A DNA stretch of 64,000 nucleotides from the NCBI GenBank assembly GCA_000004985.1, contig GG738850.1, one strand, 5' to 3'. A model generated the notes under the pieces. That model saw only the letters and a list, made by a program, of their open reading frames with translations, did no database searches and was not told the origin of the DNA. The stretch comes from Naegleria gruberi. Taxonomy: Eukaryota. The stretch's first letter is position 1. Each line of letters opens with the position of its first letter. The position numbers and the translations under genes are program-made. Below, piece after piece: positions 58,801 to 64,000 of this stretch.

Positions 58801-59715
58801 ATGTCATACACGATATCAACTTCCATGGCCAACACGCTCGAATGCTCCATTGACAACCTGCCCATGATGGAAAAACATCCACATCACAAACTCACCATCG
58901 TCCACATGAGCGATAGCCACATTTCTCATCAATTTTTAAAATCCATTCCTGATGGTGATATTTTCATTCATAGTGGTGATATTTCGCATAAGAGTGAATG
59001 GTATGATTGGCAACAGAAAATTGAGAAGGAATTGGAGAAAAATCCAAATTTAAATAGAGAGGAATTGTATGAGTCAACTCCGAGTATTAGTTCTTTTAAT
59101 GAATGGATTGGAGAATTACCTCATCCTATAAAGATTGTAATTGCTGGAAATCATGAGATGGGATTTAATGGATTAACGAGGAGTTTTATTAGGAAAAATA
59201 TACTTCCGAATGCGATTTATCTTCAGGATCAAACATTGATCATTAATTATAAAGGACAGGAATTGTTGAGATTATATGGAACACCTTGGACAACTAGCTC
59301 AAATATGGGATTCTCAATATCAAGACACAGAATTAAAGACAAGTGGGAGAAGATTCCAATGGAAACAGACGTTTTGATTACTCATTTGCCACCATTTGGT
59401 ATAATGGATCTTGCATCAGGGAAGGATCCAGCTTTTTTCTGTGATTACTGCAAAAAGGAACACAAATATAGAAAACATTGGGGTAATGTAGAGCTGAGGA
59501 ATAAGGCAATTGAATTAAATTCCAAAGGTTGCTTACAGGCCCATCTATATGGGCATGTTCATGAGTTTCATGGCACAACTGTTGAGCCAATTACAAAAGA
59601 TAGCTCACGACCACTCCTCTACTCAAATGCAGCATCTGTTGGCTCTCATACTGATAAGAATATTTTGAAACCTAATGTTATAGAGATTCTCCCACGCAAA
59701 TTACAATTAATATAG
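58801..59715 (+). CDS. cytosolic metallophosphoesterase (MPP superfamily, 304 aa)
   Basis: ATG 58801 after A9; the ORF-track start at 58780 is GTG. Motifs LTIVHMSDSHISH, IHSGDISH, IAGNHEMG, THLPPFG, GHVHEFHG. Confidence 0.7.
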   Translation: MSYTISTSMANTLECSIDNLPMMEKHPHHKLTIVHMSDSHISHQFLKSIPDGDIFIHSGDISHKSEWYDWQQKIEKELEKNPNLNREELYESTPSISSFNEWIGELPHPIKIVIAGNHEMGFNGLTRSFIRKNILPNAIYLQDQTLIINYKGQELLRLYGTPWTTSSNMGFSISRHRIKDKWEKIPMETDVLITHLPPFGIMDLASGKDPAFFCDYCKKEHKYRKHWGNVELRNKAIELNSKGCLQAHLYGHVHEFHGTTVEPITKDSSRPLLYSNAASVGSHTDKNILKPNVIEILPRKLQLI

Positions 59716-59888
59716 TTCAAAAGATTATGAAGGAATTAAAAGTGGAACAATTTTTTGTCATGCAATTCGAATGATAGCAATACGAGTTTAATTTTATGTA
59801 TGTTGTTTATTTACAATGTTAAAGAGAATGTATTATCGTATAATTGATATTCGAAAGTGAATGATGATGGAATAATGTGTTGATCTAA

Positions 59889-61271
59889 TTATTGAAAGTT
59901 TTCGTATTCTGAGCTGTCACTTTCACTTTCCTCCTCTTCTAGTTTGTCCAATGCCACAAAATAATGTTTCAATTCAGGTTCATTTCGTAACTCGTCTGAA
60001 GCATATTCAATTAGGAGAGGATGAATTCTAACAGCTTCTAATACGACCTCCTTATCAGATTGCAATCTATTCGAAACATATTCAAGTATTTCGTGTTTCT
60101 GCGATAACAACTCTAAAACGAATGGTTTGTCATCTTTCAATTCATCACATGCATATTTAAAGTTGCTACATTCAACTTTTACAATTTCTCTTATAATTTC
60201 CTTGTTAGAATTCAAACATTCTTTCAATCTCTCAGAAATATAGGAAAATATGTTGCATTTCTGTTCTAACAGCTCCAAAACGAATTCCTTATCAGATTTC
60301 AATTCATCAGCTGCATATTCAAATAGATATCCACACTTTTTAACTGATTTCTTAACAATATCCTTGTCAGATTTCAATCCATCTGACACGTATATGAATA
60401 TTGTTTGTTTCTGCTCTAACAGTTCCAAAACGAATGATTTATCATCCTTCAATTCATCACATGCATATGTAAAGTTGCAACTTTCAAGCTTAACAATTTT
60501 TCTTATAATTTCCTTGTTAGAATTCCAAGTTTTTTTCAATCTCTCAGAAATATAGGAAAATATGTTACGTTTCTGTTCTGTCAGCTCCAAAACAAATTGT
60601 TTGTCATCTTTCAATTCATCACTGGTATTTTCAAAGTTAACAAATCCAGCTTTTACAAATATCTTCTCGACTTCTAAAATGTCTTTGTGTGATCTCAGTT
60701 CTTGTGATCGATAATGGAGTAAAGACGGATCAGTGGTTTCTAATGGTAAATCACTTTCGAATTCTTTTGGAATAATCTCCACAAGTTTTATATTAAATCG
60801 AGGAGAGGAGATCAACTTTTGAAGGAGAGGTTCATAATTCCACAGCAAGAACACCTTTGCCATATTTAAAACCATATCAACCGAACACTTTTCCATCATT
60901 TTACAAAGAATTGAGAATGCAACCTCTCTATTAGCCATCAAAGTTGCATAATTCCAATTCAATTCACGATCAAGATAAGCTCTTCCACTAATCACGATCC
61001 TATCTGATGAATCAGATCTTGTACCGAAAGATTTGACATAGCTCATTGCCATGATCATGTCTTTTCTAGTGAGTCGTTTGGGGAATAATTTCTGTTGTAA
61101 TAAGATGGATTTGTAATTTTCATCTAGTAAGAGAATGAAAGTGGAAGGAGTTTTGGTATTTTGTACCAATGGAATGGTACTTGTGTTGTTGTTATTGTTG
61201 TGCATGAGAGTGGTTGTATTAGTAATATTGTTATTGTTGTTGTTTGAGATGAGAGTAGTTGAGTGTTTCAT
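59889..61271 (-). CDS. DUF4116-repeat protein with an N-rich N-terminus (460 aa)
   Basis: ATG 61271 after an A-run. At least four tandem roughly 45-aa units of the form F/YACDELKDDKxFVLELLEQKxxIFxYVSxxLK (DUF4116 signature ya.deLk.Dkefvleav). Confidence 0.65.
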   Translation of the reverse strand: MKHSTTLISNNNNNNITNTTTLMHNNNNNTSTIPLVQNTKTPSTFILLLDENYKSILLQQKLFPKRLTRKDMIMAMSYVKSFGTRSDSSDRIVISGRAYLDRELNWNYATLMANREVAFSILCKMMEKCSVDMVLNMAKVFLLWNYEPLLQKLISSPRFNIKLVEIIPKEFESDLPLETTDPSLLHYRSQELRSHKDILEVEKIFVKAGFVNFENTSDELKDDKQFVLELTEQKRNIFSYISERLKKTWNSNKEIIRKIVKLESCNFTYACDELKDDKSFVLELLEQKQTIFIYVSDGLKSDKDIVKKSVKKCGYLFEYAADELKSDKEFVLELLEQKCNIFSYISERLKECLNSNKEIIREIVKVECSNFKYACDELKDDKPFVLELLSQKHEILEYVSNRLQSDKEVVLEAVRIHPLLIEYASDELRNEPELKHYFVALDKLEEEESESDSSEYENFQ

Positions 61272-61425
61272 ATTTTTTTTGGTTATTTTTTTTTAAATCA
61301 ACAATTTTTTCGGTTTTTTATTGCATAAGAAAGCAAAACTTTTTGCTGGGAGCAAAAGAAAATCCAAATTGTAAAAATAGATTACATTGTATTCGAATAG
61401 AATCGATTCACCATTTATTTTTCAA

Positions 61426-62070
61426 TTAAATATGTTGATAATATTCTATTTGAAAGTGATGTTGATTATTTCCATAATTAATCGAATTGCTCAATTCCTT
61501 CTTTCTGTTGTTACAAATTGCACATGAAATTATTCCACAACAAACAAGAATAACAATAAGAATGACAACAACACTAACAACCAATCCACCACCTCCAAAG
61601 AATAAAACCATGAATATTGTTAATAAATCCCAAAAAGGGGTGTCAGGATTTGGATTTTCAGATTTGGCAACTGTCAAGGAGTACAATTCAATAAAGTCAC
61701 CTTTTTGACCTCCACCTTTTCCATACACACCAATGTAATAAGTTTGATTTAGTGTATTGCTAATGGAAAGAATGGAATCACTCTCTGTCAGTAAATAATC
61801 ATATTCGGTCAGGGATGGTTTCGAATTGACTTTAATATAAACATTGACGATGGATTCATTCCAATTAGTGAATGAAATGTTCACTACTTTTTGTGTTTCT
61901 TCCACATTGGTGTAATATTGATTCATTTGGCCTTTTACTACAAAGCTGGAAATAGTTTTGAGGTTTCCCTTAATTTCGTCCGGAGTTTGTGCATTGGTTG
62001 ACCAAGTTGTGAATGTCATCAGAATGACAAGAAGTATGAAGAAATTGTTGGCTTGGTTGTTGATGAACAT
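61426..62070 (-). CDS. type I membrane protein (signal peptide plus C-terminal TM), unknown function
   Basis: ATG 62070 after A9. Signal MFINNQANNFFILLVILMTFTTWSTNA. Ectodomain with N-glyc sequons. TM FMVLFFGGGGLVVSVVVILIVILVCCGII. Confidence 0.5.
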   Translation of the reverse strand: MFINNQANNFFILLVILMTFTTWSTNAQTPDEIKGNLKTISSFVVKGQMNQYYTNVEETQKVVNISFTNWNESIVNVYIKVNSKPSLTEYDYLLTESDSILSISNTLNQTYYIGVYGKGGGQKGDFIELYSLTVAKSENPNPDTPFWDLLTIFMVLFFGGGGLVVSVVVILIVILVCCGIISCAICNNRKKELSNSINYGNNQHHFQIEYYQHI

Positions 62071-62382
62071 TCGCTTTTTTTTTCTTTGAATTTCGAATAA
62101 AACAATCAATGACCTTTTATTAAGTGCCCAATTGACTTGCCATAAGGAGTTTCACAGGAGGTATATTAGAATAACAATCACACAACTTTGTGACTGGGGT
62201 GCATTAACTTGGATTGTGTTTAGAACAAATTTCGAAACATTAACATTCCGCAATTTCAGCGCAGGTTACACATTGTTTGATGGACTAGAGATTTTCACCC
62301 TCATATCTTCCTCTATTCTTGAAAGCCATTAATTCCATACTGAAGAGAAAATAAAAATACACAATCCTAGTTTTAATTTCCG

Positions 62383-62398
62383 GGTTTACATGTAAACC
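62383..62398. repeat. perfect 16-bp palindrome GGTTTACATGTAAACC
   Basis: The sequence is its own reverse complement. It lies about 120 bp upstream of the transposase-like ORF start. Confidence 0.7.
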
Positions 62399-62515
62399 TA
62401 TAAAAGCAAGTTTCAAAGTGGATCCAATTACAAAATGTAACGGTAGTGTAGCGGTAACATTACAAACCTTTATTAACATGTCGAGGTATCGAATCTCGTT
62501 ACATTCAAAATTAAA

Positions 62516-64000
62516 ATGCCAACTTGTGTAACTTTTGTTTGTGTGTGTGGTAGTAAGTTAAATTCAAGACAAGCAAAATATAGGCATTTGAAGAAATGTT
62601 CTTATTTTGATAGAGCAAGACAATTTATTCGAATTACCATTCCCCAAACAACTCTATGTAAAATAATTGATCCACAAGTTTCGAATAATATTGCCACATT
62701 CGATTCTGATAAACCTGATCCACATGAAGCAGCATATATGAAGATGGGAAGAGCTGTTGTTGGTGTTATTAAAGACCTCCCAATTACCTCGCCTATCAGG
62801 AAGCCATTGATAGCCAAAATTTGCAAAACGGTTAGACCAAAGGATGCCAGAGAAATCTTGAATTTGGATGAATCAACAATCAGGAAAGCCAAGAAGAACA
62901 ATGATAATTCTATCCTCATGATGAAATGTAAGCCTAATTGTACAAGAGAGAAAATTACCAAGAAAGAAATTGATCAGATTCAAAGATTCTGGCTTGATTC
63001 GTGTCGTGTTTCATCTACAGAAGTTCTACAAACAACAAGAAAGAGAGGTGAAACACCTGCCATTACTGTTCCAAAATATTGGCAAGATCAACCTACATGT
63101 TGGATCTATAAACAATATGTTGATTATTGTGAGGAGAGAGTGTTGGTACAATTTTCAGTTGGTACGTTTGTCAAGTATAAGCCAAAGAATATTAGACCAT
63201 CCAAAAAGTTGGAAGGAGTATGTCCAATTTGTAAAGATTTCAATCAGAATGGCGAGAAGTACCAACAAGCTTCTGAATTATTACATCATGTAAGAATTAA
63301 TCCAGACTGTGAGTGTGAGAAGTGTCAACATTTTGCTAATTGCTCCAAGACAGAATTATTAGCACTTCAAAAGAAATATGATAAATACTTACTGCATGAT
63401 AAGCTGGTCAAAGATAAGGATCAATATTGGAAAAAGGTAAAGGCCGAACTAAAAGAAGATGAACTCATCGTTGTGATGGATTTTGCCAGTGGTTGGGAGG
63501 TTGTTGATAAAGCCGTAGAGACTACCAATGAATTCTTTGAAAAGTTTTACATCAAGGATATGATTGTAGTGGTAATCAGAAAATTGGGAGATGAATTCGA
63601 ATATTATTACATTGATATTCTAAATGACAATCATAATTCAGATCATCATTATGTAAGAGAATCATGGGAGTATTTGTTATCTAATGAGGAGATATTTGCT
63701 GGTAAATCAAAACTATTCCTGTTTTCAGATGGTGGCCCTGCTCATTACAAGACCTGTAAAACGGTTGTTATGGTTGGCGAAATGTCTCGTAAATTTGGTA
63801 TTCCTATTGAGTATAACTTCTTCCCATCACATCATGGAAAAGGACCTTGTGATGCACACACTGGAGTAGGTAAGAAGTTTATCAAAAACAAAGTACAAAG
63901 TAGACAAATTGAAGTGCAAACTCTTGATGATATTCAACAATTATTACAACAGCTCAAGAATACAAAAGTCATTCATCTGGAGGACATTGAAACATTTGAT
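62516..64000 (+). CDS. transposase-like ORF (over 495 codons, open to the window end): N-terminal Cys/His zinc-binding region plus a C-terminal DDE/D-type catalytic signature (Tc1/mariner-like spacing)
   Basis: ATG 62516 (MPTCVTFVCVCGSKLNSRQAKYRHLKKC...). I translated it by hand in frame 2; there is no stop through 64000, which is why it is absent from the ORF track. Candidate catalytic residues: VVMDFASGW (D1); about 83 aa later LFLFSDGGPAHYK (D2, compare Tc1 DNAxxH); 40 aa later FFPSHHGKGPCDAHTGVGKKFIK (D3, compare SPDLNPIEnvWxxLK). Cys/His clusters CPICKDF...HH...CECEKCQHF lie upstream. The minus-strand ORF 62602..62961 overlaps it and is probably spurious. Confidence 0.45.
   Translation, partial: MPTCVTFVCVCGSKLNSRQAKYRHLKKCSYFDRARQFIRITIPQTTLCKIIDPQVSNNIATFDSDKPDPHEAAYMKMGRAVVGVIKDLPITSPIRKPLIAKICKTVRPKDAREILNLDESTIRKAKKNNDNSILMMKCKPNCTREKITKKEIDQIQRFWLDSCRVSSTEVLQTTRKRGETPAITVPKYWQDQPTCWIYKQYVDYCEERVLVQFSVGTFVKYKPKNIRPSKKLEGVCPICKDFNQNGEKYQQASELLHHVRINPDCECEKCQHFANCSKTELLALQKKYDKYLLHDKLVKDKDQYWKKVKAELKEDELIVVMDFASGWEVVDKAVETTNEFFEKFYIKDMIVVVIRKLGDEFEYYYIDILNDNHNSDHHYVRESWEYLLSNEEIFAGKSKLFLFSDGGPAHYKTCKTVVMVGEMSRKFGIPIEYNFFPSHHGKGPCDAHTGVGKKFIKNKVQSRQIEVQTLDDIQQLLQQLKNTKVIHLEDIETFD

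Noticed and set aside
62436-62512. Candidate tRNA, with a perfect 7-bp acceptor pairing and a D-arm
   Set aside because: No acceptable anticodon or T-arm could be folded. It is kept only as a tRNA-like remnant (see findings).
62602-62961. Minus-strand 119-aa ORF
   Set aside because: It lies entirely inside the longer plus-strand transposase-like ORF, and its product is hydrophobic and low complexity.

Overview
The window is AT-rich eukaryotic nuclear DNA (about 33-35% GC by eye), not prokaryotic. Genes are densely packed on both strands. Introns are spliceosomal GT...AG: many are 30-50 nt and a few are 90-180 nt. Start codons sit in A-rich contexts (aaaaaATG), stops are mostly TAA, and there are three nuclear-type tRNA genes, including a tRNA-Tyr with a 15-nt intron. 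Many proteins carry poly-Q/N/T low-complexity tracts and Thr/Pro-rich linkers, which suggests a dictyostelid-like amoebozoan; this is inference only.

Note that the supplied ORF track translates non-ATG starts (TTG/GTG/CTG) as M and omits ORFs without an in-window stop, so several real starts and two edge genes were recovered by hand.

Recognisable genes, in order:
- a JmjC/cupin protein (partial, at the left edge)
- ribulose-phosphate 3-epimerase
- a large three-exon gene of unknown function
- a small Pol-beta-type nucleotidyltransferase
- a 5'-truncated RNase-H-bearing non-LTR retrotransposon lying about 100 bp upstream of a tRNA-Gly
- a secreted Cys-rich protein
- a protein kinase
- ARL5
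- a GBF1-like Sec7 ArfGEF
- two near-identical, inverted F-box/RI-type LRR genes, each built from a 72-bp tandem array, flanking a 14.7-kb block; the block contains an M1 aminopeptidase N, cystathionine gamma-lyase, a trypsin-like protease, tRNA-Tyr, a PH-domain Q/N-rich protein and secreted proteins
- tRNA-Trp
- a roughly 2290-aa membrane-anchored protein of cadherin/VCBS-like repeats with a C-terminal vWA domain
- a G8/parallel-beta-helix protein
- several F-box proteins, one with an embedded histone-H2A-like fold
- a divergent pair of metallophosphoesterases
- a DUF4116-repeat protein
- at the right edge, an open transposase-like ORF with a Tc1/mariner-like D..D..D spacing and an N-terminal zinc-finger region

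No CRISPR arrays or prokaryotic operons are present. The most unusual things are the inverted, concertedly evolving F-box/LRR pair, the nucleotidyltransferase next to the retroelement, the retrotransposon-tRNA association, the edge transposase, and the H2A-like fold inside an F-box protein.
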